From NCBI GenBank assembly GCA_037447435.1, contig JBBIGR010000002.1:160001-224000 (forward strand): a DNA stretch of 64,000 bases, read 5' to 3'. Positions 38,638-48,152 of the stretch are shown in pieces (position 1 is the first letter of the stretch; the number at the start of each line of letters is the position of its first letter). Made by a program: the position numbers and the translations under genes. The notes beneath the pieces were generated by a model. That model saw nothing but the letters and a program-made list of their open reading frames with translations. It was not told where the DNA came from and did no database searches. The DNA comes from Fibrobacteria bacterium. Lineage in GTDB: Bacteria > Fibrobacterota > Chitinivibrionia > Chitinivibrionales > FEN-1185.

Positions 38638-39466
38638 TCTCAATAACAAACGCGTGATAATCACCGGGGGCGCTGGTATTATTTGCGGCGAAATAGCGAC
38701 CTTCCTCGCACAAGCCGGTGCTTCGGTTGCGATTCTTGATTTAAGCGCGGAGCGGGCAGAGCAGAAAGCTTTGGAAATTTCCAAAACCTGCAACCAAAAA
38801 GCTATCGGCATCGGCTGTAACGTTCTTGACAAGAAATCCTGCGACGCTGCCAACGACAAAATCAAGGAAGCCTTCGGCGGCGCGGACATCCTCATCAACG
38901 GAGCCGGCGGGAACTCTCCCAAAGCAACAACCGCCTGCGAATTCATCGCCGATGCGGACATCGACAACCTCGACCAAACTTTTTTCGGACTGGATATCGA
39001 CGCATTTCGAAACGTTTTCGATCTGAATTTCATGGGCACCCTGTTACCGACCATGATTTTTGCACGGTCGATGGTACAAAACAAAGACGGCGTCGTATTG
39101 AATATTTCTTCAATGAATTCATACCGGCCGCTTACCCGAATTCCGGCATATTCCGCAGCCAAAGCGTCCATCAACAACTTCACGGCGTGGCTCGCCGTTC
39201 ATTTGGCAAAACAGAATGTCCGCGTCAACGCGATCGCTCCGGGCTTTTTATTGACAAACCAAAACAGGTTTCTTTTGACCGACCCCAACACGGCCGAGCT
39301 GACCGCCCGCGGATCGAAGATCCTTTCAGCCACACCGATGAACCGGTTCGGCACACCCGAGGATTTATTGGGTGCGGTGAAGTTCCTTGTTTCCGACATG
39401 TCTAAATTCGTCACCGGTATCGTCATCCCTATCGACGGCGGCTTTTCCGCATACAGCGGAGTATAA
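38615..39466 (+). CDS. uxuB: SDR-family D-mannonate oxidoreductase (fructuronate reductase)
   Basis: ITGGAG, LINGAGGN.PKATT, FDLNFMGTLLPT, NISSM..YRPLTRIPAYSAAK and DGGFSAYSGV, typical of the SDR-type UxuB. It follows uxaC. Confidence 0.85.
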   Translation: MNAQMPSDLNNKRVIITGGAGIICGEIATFLAQAGASVAILDLSAERAEQKALEISKTCNQKAIGIGCNVLDKKSCDAANDKIKEAFGGADILINGAGGNSPKATTACEFIADADIDNLDQTFFGLDIDAFRNVFDLNFMGTLLPTMIFARSMVQNKDGVVLNISSMNSYRPLTRIPAYSAAKASINNFTAWLAVHLAKQNVRVNAIAPGFLLTNQNRFLLTDPNTAELTARGSKILSATPMNRFGTPEDLLGAVKFLVSDMSKFVTGIVIPIDGGFSAYSGV

Positions 39467-39468
39467 CG

Positions 39469-39978
39469 ATGATTATCGTTGTTATGGGGGTTTCCGGGTG
39501 CGGAAAGTCTACGATTGCGGAATTACTTGCAAACAAACTCGGCATTTCTTGGTATGATGCCGATAATTTTCATCCGCAAGCCAATATCGACAAGATGAAA
39601 AACGGAATACCTTTGACTGATGCCGACCGGATGCCGTGGCTGAACCGCCTTTCTTTTGAGATGGTTTTTTGGGAAAACGAAGGCGGCGCGGTGTTGGCGT
39701 GTTCGGCGCTTAAAGAATCCTATCGTACGATCCTACGGGGGCAGGAAAAAGGTAACGTGAGGTTTGTGTATTTGCAAGGAAGCAAAGAATGCATTCTTAA
39801 CCGAATGAAGCAACGGAGCGGTCATTATATGCCGACGTCTCTTTTAGATAGTCAATTTGCAACGCTCGAGGTTCCGCAAAACGCAATTACCGTTTCAATA
39901 GAAGAATCTCCTGAAACCATCGTCGAAACCATTGTATCGCAATTGAAAAAGGCGAAATCACCACATGATGCTCTTTGA
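39469..39978 (+). CDS. gntK: Gluconokinase (GntK/IdnK type)
   Basis: VMGVSGCGKST, DADNFHP.ANI.KM..GIPLTDADR.PWL, LACSALK..YR and HYMP.SLLDSQF.TLE. Confidence 0.93.
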   Translation: MIIVVMGVSGCGKSTIAELLANKLGISWYDADNFHPQANIDKMKNGIPLTDADRMPWLNRLSFEMVFWENEGGAVLACSALKESYRTILRGQEKGNVRFVYLQGSKECILNRMKQRSGHYMPTSLLDSQFATLEVPQNAITVSIEESPETIVETIVSQLKKAKSPHDAL

Positions 39979-41236
39979 AAAAATAAATACGACGGAGTAT
40001 TTGTCCGACCTTGAATTAAAAAACGGTATTTCCACCGCTCTTGCGGCATTGGGAACCGTTACGAAAATGCTTATCGTACCTCCCGATATCACAAGACTCC
40101 ATTCGGAAGCGGGCAAATTGACCCGTTTTGCCTACGATTTTAATCCTTCCGCCATATCGGCGATTATGCCCGCATTGGGCACTCATGTCGCAATGAATGA
40201 AGAAGAGCTTTCGAGGATGTTCGGCGATATCCCGAAAAAACTTTTTAAAGTCCATGATTGGCGAAACGATTGCGTCAATCTTGGGGCAATCAAACGTGAT
40301 TTTGTCAAAGAAGTTTCCCAAGGGGCGGTCGATTACGATATTCCGGTCGAAGTAAACCGTATCCTCGTCGAGCAAAAACATGATTGTATTTTGTCTATCG
40401 GTCAGATCGTGCCCCATGAAGTTGCCGGAATGGCCGGGCATGCAAAAAATATTTTCGTGGGCCTCGGCGGCGCGCAAAACATTCACAAAAGCCATTTTCT
40501 CGGCGCTGCGTTCGGCATAGAGAAAATCCTCGGTAAAACCGATTCTCCGGTCAGAAAAGTATTCGATTATGCAATGGAGACCTATTTGGGTTCATTGCCC
40601 ATTGTCCACGCTCTAACCGTTATCGGACGGGATAAAACCGGAAAATTACGGGTAGCGGGTCTTTTTATCGGTACCGGCAAGGAATGTTTTCTGCACGCTG
40701 CAGAGCTGTCGCGCGCGATAAATTTCGAACAGGTGCCGACTCCCCTTTCTACGGTTGTAACGTATCTTGACCCTGTGGAATATAAAAGTTTTTGGCTCGG
40801 CAATAAAAGCATATACCGCACACGAATGGCAATTGCCGACAACGGTCGTCTCATCGTTATCGCACCGGGATTGAAAGCATTTGGAGAAGATGCCCAAATC
40901 GATTCGCTCATTAGAAAATACGGTTATAAAGGAACGCCGTACGTTATGGATTGCATACGGAAAAACGATGATTTGAAAAGCAATTTAAGTGCGGCGGCGC
41001 ATTTGATACACGGATCGACCGAAGGCCGATTCACCGTCACGTATTGCGTTTCCCATATGAGCAAACACGACGTGGAAAATGCGGGCTTTGAGTATGCGTC
41101 CGCAGAGGATATGCTCAAGCGTTACGATCCGTCTGCCTTGACACCCGGCACCAACATCCTTGCCGACGGAGAAGAAATCTATTTTATTCCGAACCCTGCC
41201 ACGGGCCTTTGGGCCTACGAAGGCAGAATCTCTTAA
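39965..41236 (+). CDS. LarA/lactate-racemase-family protein (DUF2088), putative D-mannonate/D-gluconate 2-epimerase
   Basis: PPDITR, ALGTH, VHDW and VPHEVAGMAGHAK match the LarA DxTR, GxH, PH and GxxK motifs. The substrate is inferred from context. Confidence 0.8.
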   Translation: MMLFEKINTTEYLSDLELKNGISTALAALGTVTKMLIVPPDITRLHSEAGKLTRFAYDFNPSAISAIMPALGTHVAMNEEELSRMFGDIPKKLFKVHDWRNDCVNLGAIKRDFVKEVSQGAVDYDIPVEVNRILVEQKHDCILSIGQIVPHEVAGMAGHAKNIFVGLGGAQNIHKSHFLGAAFGIEKILGKTDSPVRKVFDYAMETYLGSLPIVHALTVIGRDKTGKLRVAGLFIGTGKECFLHAAELSRAINFEQVPTPLSTVVTYLDPVEYKSFWLGNKSIYRTRMAIADNGRLIVIAPGLKAFGEDAQIDSLIRKYGYKGTPYVMDCIRKNDDLKSNLSAAAHLIHGSTEGRFTVTYCVSHMSKHDVENAGFEYASAEDMLKRYDPSALTPGTNILADGEEIYFIPNPATGLWAYEGRIS

Positions 41237-41257
41237 AGTAAACAAGATCGGGGAACT

Positions 41258-42823
41258 ATGGCGTACCGAACCGCACGTTGTTCAGCATTGTTTTTATGTA
41301 TCGTTTTTTTACTTTTCACACCGATTTTTGCGGCAACATCGCTGACGCTCGCCGTTTCGACCGACAGCGTTCGCTTCACGATACCGGATAATTTTATGGG
41401 CCTCAGTTACGGTCCGGACGCCATCGGCGATACGACGCAATTGAGTCCGACCGATAATGCGATGCTGTTGCTTTTGCGCCAAATCGGGCCCGGTGTCCTG
41501 CGCTTTGGCGGAAATTCCATGGACAATAAGGGAATCATTCCTTTCGATTCTTTAAAATATCGGCGAGCCTTGGATTTCGTATCGGCGATCGGGTGGAAAA
41601 CAATGATGGGTTTACCTCTGGGCACCTTTGACACGACCGGTGCAAAAAGCATCGTTTCATTCATATCCTCTTACGGCAAGAAGAACCTGATTTCCTACGA
41701 AATTGGAAACGAACCGGATTTATATTCGCGAAACGGCTTACGGGCAACCACGTATGCGGTGACGGATTATGAAAAGGAATTCTCCCAATATTACGCTGCC
41801 GTCAGAAAAATAGTTCCCGATGCTCCATTTTCCGGCCCTACCACCGCAACCGCGCCGTGGGTCGTTCCTTTTGCCGCAGCCGCCGCTTCACAAATCATGC
41901 TGCTCACGCAGCACCACTATGTCGAAGGCCCGGCAGGAGACCCGAGCGTTACTATTGCGAAACTGCTTAGTCCTTCGTCGAAGCAGGCTATCGTTTCTAA
42001 AATGAACACCATGTACGCAGCAGCTGCCGCAGCCGGCGTTCCGGCAAGATTATCGGAATGCAACTCGGTATACAGCGGCGGCCAAAAAGGCGTGAGCGAT
42101 GTTTTTGCCGCAGCCCTTTGGACGGCCGATTTCATGTTCTCGATTGCAAATGCCGGTATCGTAGGCGTCAATTTCCACGGCGGCGGCACCGGCCCCTATA
42201 CGCCGATCGCCGATTCCGCCGGCACGCTGAAGCCGCGCCCGGAATATTACGGCATGCTGTTTTTCAAGTACGCCTCATCGGGAAAAATCGTCAAATCGAA
42301 ACTCAATGATACGACAGTCAATGTCGGTGCATATGTCGTAAAATCGAGCGGCGATTCGGTAAAAGTCTCCCTTATAAATAAAGACAGCGTAAACGCCTAT
42401 ACGATAACCGTGCAGGGAATATCGTCTCAAAATCCGGGAACGCTTGTCCGTTTACAGGCCGCATCGCTTCATTCGACAAGCGGTATTACTCTTGGCGGGG
42501 ATTCCATCGGTATAGCGAAAGCATGGTCTCCGAGCGCGTCCGAAACCGTCGCGCGCTCAGCCAATCAATATGTGGTGAGCCTTCCGAAGGCAAGCGCAGC
42601 CGTTTTAACCGTTCCGACCGGATTGACATATACGGAACAAAGCAGGAATGCGCCGCGAAAAGAAAACGGTACGTCGATACGTATACTTGTTCCCGGTTCC
42701 AAATTCAAACCGCTAAACAACGCGCTTTACTATTCATTGCGCGGTGAAAAAATGGACGGGTATTTTGAGGCGGGAAATCGTAACCGGCAAATCCTCGTCG
42801 AACGAAAGAATACGGGCGAGTAA
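41258..42823 (+). CDS. Secreted GH79-like beta-glucuronidase/heparanase
   Basis: Signal peptide; FMGLSY, LRFGGNS, YEIGNEPDLY, HHY, RLSECNS…GG..GVSDVFAAALW..D and PEYYGML; degenerate sorting tail YYSLRGE. Confidence 0.87.
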   Translation: MAYRTARCSALFLCIVFLLFTPIFAATSLTLAVSTDSVRFTIPDNFMGLSYGPDAIGDTTQLSPTDNAMLLLLRQIGPGVLRFGGNSMDNKGIIPFDSLKYRRALDFVSAIGWKTMMGLPLGTFDTTGAKSIVSFISSYGKKNLISYEIGNEPDLYSRNGLRATTYAVTDYEKEFSQYYAAVRKIVPDAPFSGPTTATAPWVVPFAAAAASQIMLLTQHHYVEGPAGDPSVTIAKLLSPSSKQAIVSKMNTMYAAAAAAGVPARLSECNSVYSGGQKGVSDVFAAALWTADFMFSIANAGIVGVNFHGGGTGPYTPIADSAGTLKPRPEYYGMLFFKYASSGKIVKSKLNDTTVNVGAYVVKSSGDSVKVSLINKDSVNAYTITVQGISSQNPGTLVRLQAASLHSTSGITLGGDSIGIAKAWSPSASETVARSANQYVVSLPKASAAVLTVPTGLTYTEQSRNAPRKENGTSIRILVPGSKFKPLNNALYYSLRGEKMDGYFEAGNRNRQILVERKNTGE

Positions 42824-42903
42824 TACCGCGTACCGAAAACGAATCATACTAAATCCGGCCCGTTGCGTATCGAAAACACCTCCGGGCCGTTATTTTTACC
42901 TGG

Positions 42904-45179
42904 TCAATTTACTCTTTGAACCCTGCTTGCCGATGTCGCTGCCGCGCCTGTGCCGTTTATCACATGCGTAATTTCACTTCCGGCAGCTCCGCCCAATCGA
43001 AGCGTCAACATATGATGCATTTTAATTCCCGGGCCTGTCGGCGCTTCGACGGCATTAAAGCAGCTTACCGCATTGGTAAAGACGCAATACACTCCTATTC
43101 CCCACGCCTCATGGCTGGTCACGGCATCCGCCACTTTGTATGACGCGTACCCGTTTATGCCGTTATGCTGCCAGGAAGCCTGATCGGGCGGATCATAGGG
43201 CAATTCCGATTGATACATGTACATACGGCCGCCGTTGCCGTTCCAGACCGTTTGATACTCCTCGGTATGCTCAGCCATAAGCCCATAAACGGTCATGTTG
43301 TTCCCATTGACAATAAGCGCATGGAGATTTTTATTGGCATCCCAACCCGGAGTCGCCGCTCCGTCGTCGGCCCTCCAAAGCCACGTATGATCATACAAAA
43401 CATTATTGCTGCCAACGGTAACAAAGGTAGTGGCCAAACCGTTAAACGCGCCGCCGGCCCGGCAAAAAATATCATACAGACAAATCGGATCGGTCGAATG
43501 AGTTTTTACCGTGCCCGAATCCCCGATTTGCAACAGGGTTTTGGAATTGACCGTACCGGCTTCAAAAAGAATTCCGCCGATTTTCACGCCGTCCACATCC
43601 GAGACCACGATCGCCGGAGTACCTTTGTCGGGAATAAGACTGGGAAATCCTATACCGAGAACGATCGTTTGAGGCCGCGCGACCTGAATACTGCTTTCCA
43701 AATGATAGTTACCGGGCGTAAACAGCACGTTCTTCCCCTGGATCAGGGCCGCATTGATGCTCGCCGCATTATCTTTTGCGTCGTGTGCGATGTAGAATAA
43801 ATCGAGGGGGATATATGAGCCGGCCGATTTTCCCGACGACCAACTCGTGCCCTTGCTGCTGTCGGTAACAAGCGCGGGCACGCAAACGGAATACGTCCCG
43901 TTTTTATCTATTGTTAAATACGGTTTTTCCCGTATGAGCGGGGTCTTGTCTATGGTCGTATATAGGGCTGGGACGGCCAAGTCCCCGAAGGAGGATTGAC
44001 GTCGCCCACAAACACGAGATTCCACGATCCGGTGTTCGGCCCCCACGTTCCCCATTCGCAATTCCGAGACAACCACTGTTGTTGAACGCCCGGATCTACC
44101 GTACCGTCGATCTTCGAATCGGCAAGGAAACCGCCGCTTGCCCAGCTTTTGTCCCATAATTTCAAATTCCCTTTGATATGCAGCCGCCGTAAGGGAGTCG
44201 ATTGCGCGACTGCCCACACATTTGCGTTACCGCTTTGCGTCGGGACCACGGAAAGATTTTCGACGCCGCGCCAAAAATTGACGCATGCATTACCCCAGGT
44301 CGTTCCGTCCATGCATCGCACGGCCCCGGTGATTTCAACGCTGTCCGGCGAAAGGCCCAACCCGAGCACCTGAACATAATAGCCGACCCCGACATCAAGA
44401 TTGTATTTACCGGGTTTGAAAAGATATGCATAGCGATTCGTGCCGAATTCGTTTGGTTCCTGCTGCTTATAAATCGTGTTCAATTGGGTTTGCATCGCCG
44501 TCGTCGACATAGTCGGATCAAACATAAGAACATTCGCACCAAAATCAGGAGCCGTATACCGGTCTAAAACAATGTCGATTGTTGCGGATGAAGAACTCAA
44601 TTGTTCAACATGCGACGCGTAGCCTGCTTTTGTTGCCTGCAGCCAATCCGCTGCCGCCGTTTTTCTCAACAAAGCTTGGTCGGCCATCGGGCATTCCCCC
44701 GAAACGGTAAAATCGCATCCTTCCAGCGGAACAAATTTATAATTCGATCTTTTATCCCCGGTTCGTACGCTCATGACGAATGCCTTGCGGCCCAACTTTT
44801 CAAACGAGAATGGAACGACCGTAATACCCTGCTTTGCAATCCCTTCGTATACCGTAGCGATCAAAACCCCTCGGCAATCGAACAGCTTAACCGAAAAAAA
44901 AGAAGGAGTTGCCGTTGTAAAGGCAAACTTGTTTCCTTGATACCGAAGAACATTTGCAGCTTGTTGTTTCGCATTTGTTCCCCGTATCGGGGTCGCTGCA
45001 TTGGTCAAGGTATAAGCGCCGTTTGCATCCGAGGTGTCCGTCAAACGGGCCGACAAAAGAGTCACGATTGCTCCTTGCAACGGTTGGCCCGATTTGTCGG
45101 TAACCGTCCCCGAAATCGAAACGGTTTGACCGAAAATTACTTCGACGAATATGATGATTGATAGTATGATTTTTTTCAT
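42904..45179 (-). pseudogene. Secreted GH55-like (beta-helix, beta-1,3-glucanase-like) gene interrupted by a 2-bp frameshift
   Basis: The 5' ORF has PDFGANV, RYAYLFKPG, NFWR.VEN, WAVAQ and WASGGF. The 3' ORF has TPLIREKPYL, FTPG.Y, DHTWLWRAD, EH..EY and YQSELPYDPP. Removing one TA at 43959-43964 joins them. Confidence 0.85.
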
Positions 45180-45188
45180 TGGACCCGC

Positions 45189-45935
45189 TTATTTGTTTTT
45201 ATCCTTCATGAGTACCTTATCGAGCTCAAGATTCTTTTTTACAAAAGCCTGTTTCGAGGTTACCTGCGAATCGAATTTTTCCTGTGAAAATTTGCCGTCA
45301 TTGCGAACCGATATTTTCTGACCTGCAACGATCGAACGCCATTGTTCCAATGAGACCTCAAAAGGCCCGGGAATTTCCTCAGGCCCGGATATCTCGGTCG
45401 GCTGCTCCGCTTTGGCCGATTTCTTCTTTCCCTCGAGGTCCAATTTCTTTTTAAGTTCGTCGGAGGGACCGACGGCGACTTTCCCCTCATATACGCTGAC
45501 CGCTGAAGCTGAATCGTCGGCGGTCGACATATTGTAAACCGTTCCACGGATTGCGGCGACTGCGGTCGGCGTCGCAACTTCAAATTCCTTGCCGGTCGAA
45601 ATAAGCTTTCGCATATTGACCCATACATTGCCGATCGCGCTTTTGGTCTTCAATGTTTTTTCGGATGAAGACTCCAGCGTGATTTTAGTTTTTTCGTCCA
45701 TGCGAAGCACGGTGCCGATGGAATACCGGATTTCGGCAAAGCTTTCCTGTTGCGTAAAAACCTGGTCTCCTACTTGCAAAGGCATCCCCGGTTTTACATT
45801 CTGCCAATCGGAGGAACCGTTGCGCAGCAGCTGCACCGTTCCTTCGATCGTGGTGATTTTTGCAACCATTTCGGCATGTGCAACCGCGTAAAAATTCATT
45901 AAAAGCAATAAGCACAACGAGATTTTATTTTTCAT
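45189..45935 (-). CDS. Secreted FecR-domain protein
   Basis: Signal peptide; IEGTV, GDQVFT...FAEI and FEVATPTAVAAIRGT.Y...VSVYEGKV. Confidence 0.85.
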   Translation of the reverse strand: MKNKISLCLLLLMNFYAVAHAEMVAKITTIEGTVQLLRNGSSDWQNVKPGMPLQVGDQVFTQQESFAEIRYSIGTVLRMDEKTKITLESSSEKTLKTKSAIGNVWVNMRKLISTGKEFEVATPTAVAAIRGTVYNMSTADDSASAVSVYEGKVAVGPSDELKKKLDLEGKKKSAKAEQPTEISGPEEIPGPFEVSLEQWRSIVAGQKISVRNDGKFSQEKFDSQVTSKQAFVKKNLELDKVLMKDKNK

Positions 45936-45978
45936 TTTCCGCTCCTTTTCGCACTCTATTCACAATGGAATTTTATAG

Positions 45979-47073
45979 TTAAGCAATCCATCTTCGGTCG
46001 GACGTTCCTTCCACACCCTTGACCTTTAACTCAAAGTCGTCGGGATTGCTCGCATTTTGCTTTGCCGTTTGAAACGTGATTAAATCGTCCCTGAAAAGCT
46101 GCAATAAAGACTGGTCGAAAGACTGGGAACCGTATTGCGTGTATCCTTCGCAAATTGCGGGCATGATCAAATGGGATTTTTCCGGATTGAGTATATAGTC
46201 GGCAACGGTGGCATTATTAATCATGATTTCGGCGGCAGGGACAACGCCCGAATTGTCCTTTTTCTCCAAAAGCCGCAGCGAAATAACGGCAACAAGGACG
46301 CTCGACAGAACAAGACGTACCTGTTGATGTTGATGCGGCGGGAAGAAAGAAAGTATGCGGGAAATGGTTTCCATGGCATTCATGGTATGAAGGGTACTCA
46401 TAACCAAATGCCCGGTATCGGCCGCACTCATGGCCGTGTCCATGGTATCCTGGTCCCGGATTTCGCCGATAAGAATAACATCGGGGTCTTGGCGGAAAGA
46501 TGCCCTCAGCGCATTGGCAAATCGCTGCGTATCGGTACCGACTTCCCGTTGAGCGATAATACTCATCTTGTCGCGATACAAATATTCGACCGGATCCTCG
46601 ATTGTCACGATATTGACTGACGTATTGCTGTTAATATGGTCTATCATGGAAGCCAAAAGCGTCGATTTACCGCTGCCCGTCGTACCGGTAACCAGAATAA
46701 GGCCGCGCTTTTTCATCGCGATGTCTAAAATGACGTTCGGAAGGCCCAACTCCGAAAACGAGGGGACATTGGTTTTGATGGAACGGATCGCCAGTGACGG
46801 CGTTCCTCTTTGACGAAAGGCATTTATCCTGAACCGGCCGACGCCTTTAAGCCCAATGGCAAAATCGAGCTCGTTTGTTTTTAAAAATATTTCCTTTTGG
46901 TCGGGTCGCATGATCGCGGTGCAAATGCCTTCCATTTCATCGGCCGTCATGGGCTCGGTTTGCGCCCGGAACAACATTCCGTTTATCCTGAACGTGGCCG
47001 CCGTTCCTACACGCAAATGAAGATCCGATGCATTTTTGTCTATCATTGTTTTTAACAGTGCATTGATGTTCAT
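45979..47073 (-). CDS. pilT: Type IV pilus retraction ATPase PilT/PilU
   Basis: ASDLHL, RFRINAFRQRG, VTGTTGSGKST, TIEDPVE, RQDPDVILIGEIRD and TGHLVMSTLHT. PilT versus PilU is not resolved. Confidence 0.9.
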   Translation of the reverse strand: MNINALLKTMIDKNASDLHLRVGTAATFRINGMLFRAQTEPMTADEMEGICTAIMRPDQKEIFLKTNELDFAIGLKGVGRFRINAFRQRGTPSLAIRSIKTNVPSFSELGLPNVILDIAMKKRGLILVTGTTGSGKSTLLASMIDHINSNTSVNIVTIEDPVEYLYRDKMSIIAQREVGTDTQRFANALRASFRQDPDVILIGEIRDQDTMDTAMSAADTGHLVMSTLHTMNAMETISRILSFFPPHQHQQVRLVLSSVLVAVISLRLLEKKDNSGVVPAAEIMINNATVADYILNPEKSHLIMPAICEGYTQYGSQSFDQSLLQLFRDDLITFQTAKQNASNPDDFELKVKGVEGTSDRRWIA

Positions 47074-48152
47074 TGCAATACCTCGATTAATTCGCGTTCC
47101 GTTTTTGTCAAAACTTCACAGCCGGAATTTGTCACAACGACCATGTCCTCGATTCGGACGCCGCCGAACGAAGTATCGTAAATACCCGGTTCGACCGTTA
47201 TGACGTCGCCGTTTTCGAGCACGGTTTTATCGGTTTTACTGATTCGGGGCTTTTCGTGGATCCGAAGACCGACGCCGTGACCGGTTGCATGTCCGAACAG
47301 CTTCCCATACCCTTCTTTGTCAATCACCGATCTGCAGGCGCGGTCCACATCGCTGGCCGATACGCCGGCATAAACGGCCTCTTTACCGATGTGCTGCGCC
47401 CGATACACGACATCGTAGATTTCTTTTTGCGCGCGAGTTGCTTTTCCATAAACAACGGTCCGGGTCATATCGGAACAATAGCCGTTTATCGTGCAGCCGA
47501 AATCGCAAAGTATCCAATCCCCTTTTTTAAGTCTCGCCTCTGCGGGCCTCCCGTGGGGAAGCGCCGCACGTTTGCCGAATAAAACGATCGTATCGAACGA
47601 AGGCTTTTCGGAACCGTTTTCTTTACAGAATTCTTCGAGCGCAAGCGCCGCCTGTTTTTCGGTCATCCCGATTTTTAAAATTGAAAGCAATTTTGTAAAC
47701 GCAGTATCCCCTGCCTGTGCGGCACGTCTCATACATTCGATTTCATCGTCCTCTTTCGGAATCAAAACCGTTTTGGCAACGGCAGGCATTTTAACGAATC
47801 GTTTTCCCTTGCCGAAAGCCTTTTTAAAATAGTCGAACTGGTCGACGGTGACCGCGTCGGACTGGTAGGCAATTATGCTTTTTGACGGGAAATATTTTGC
47901 CAATCGTGAGAAATCGTTTTCGCGAATTTCAACGAATTCCCAATGGGGATTTTTTTTGCAAAAGGTTTGGGCCGCTTCCTTATACCGGAAATCGCTACAA
48001 AGCAAGTTCCTTGACTTTGAAACAATGCAATAGGCATTGGAAGATCTGAACCCCGATACATACTCGGCGTCGATAGTATCCGAAAAGAAAAAATGGGTGA
48101 TCGGCCCTTTTTTTACCAGTTGCGTAAGTCGGGAAAGCCTTGTTTGGTTCAC
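47070..48152 (-). CDS. Xaa-Pro aminopeptidase/dipeptidase (M24B)
   Basis: PSFDTIV, LPHG, DFG....YCSDMTRT, HATGHGVGL.IHE.P and TVEPGIY....GGVRIED. Confidence 0.94.
   Translation of the reverse strand: MNQTRLSRLTQLVKKGPITHFFFSDTIDAEYVSGFRSSNAYCIVSKSRNLLCSDFRYKEAAQTFCKKNPHWEFVEIRENDFSRLAKYFPSKSIIAYQSDAVTVDQFDYFKKAFGKGKRFVKMPAVAKTVLIPKEDDEIECMRRAAQAGDTAFTKLLSILKIGMTEKQAALALEEFCKENGSEKPSFDTIVLFGKRAALPHGRPAEARLKKGDWILCDFGCTINGYCSDMTRTVVYGKATRAQKEIYDVVYRAQHIGKEAVYAGVSASDVDRACRSVIDKEGYGKLFGHATGHGVGLRIHEKPRISKTDKTVLENGDVITVEPGIYDTSFGGVRIEDMVVVTNSGCEVLTKTERELIEVLQ

Noticed and set aside
42856..42889. CGGCCCG...CGGGCCG possible terminator between GH79 and the GH55-like gene
   Set aside because: A 7-bp stem with a 20-nt loop is plausible but weak.
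43972..44217. N-terminal part of the 437-aa ORF 42904-44217 as an independent gene
   Set aside because: It is an out-of-frame read of the upstream half of the frameshifted GH55-like gene.
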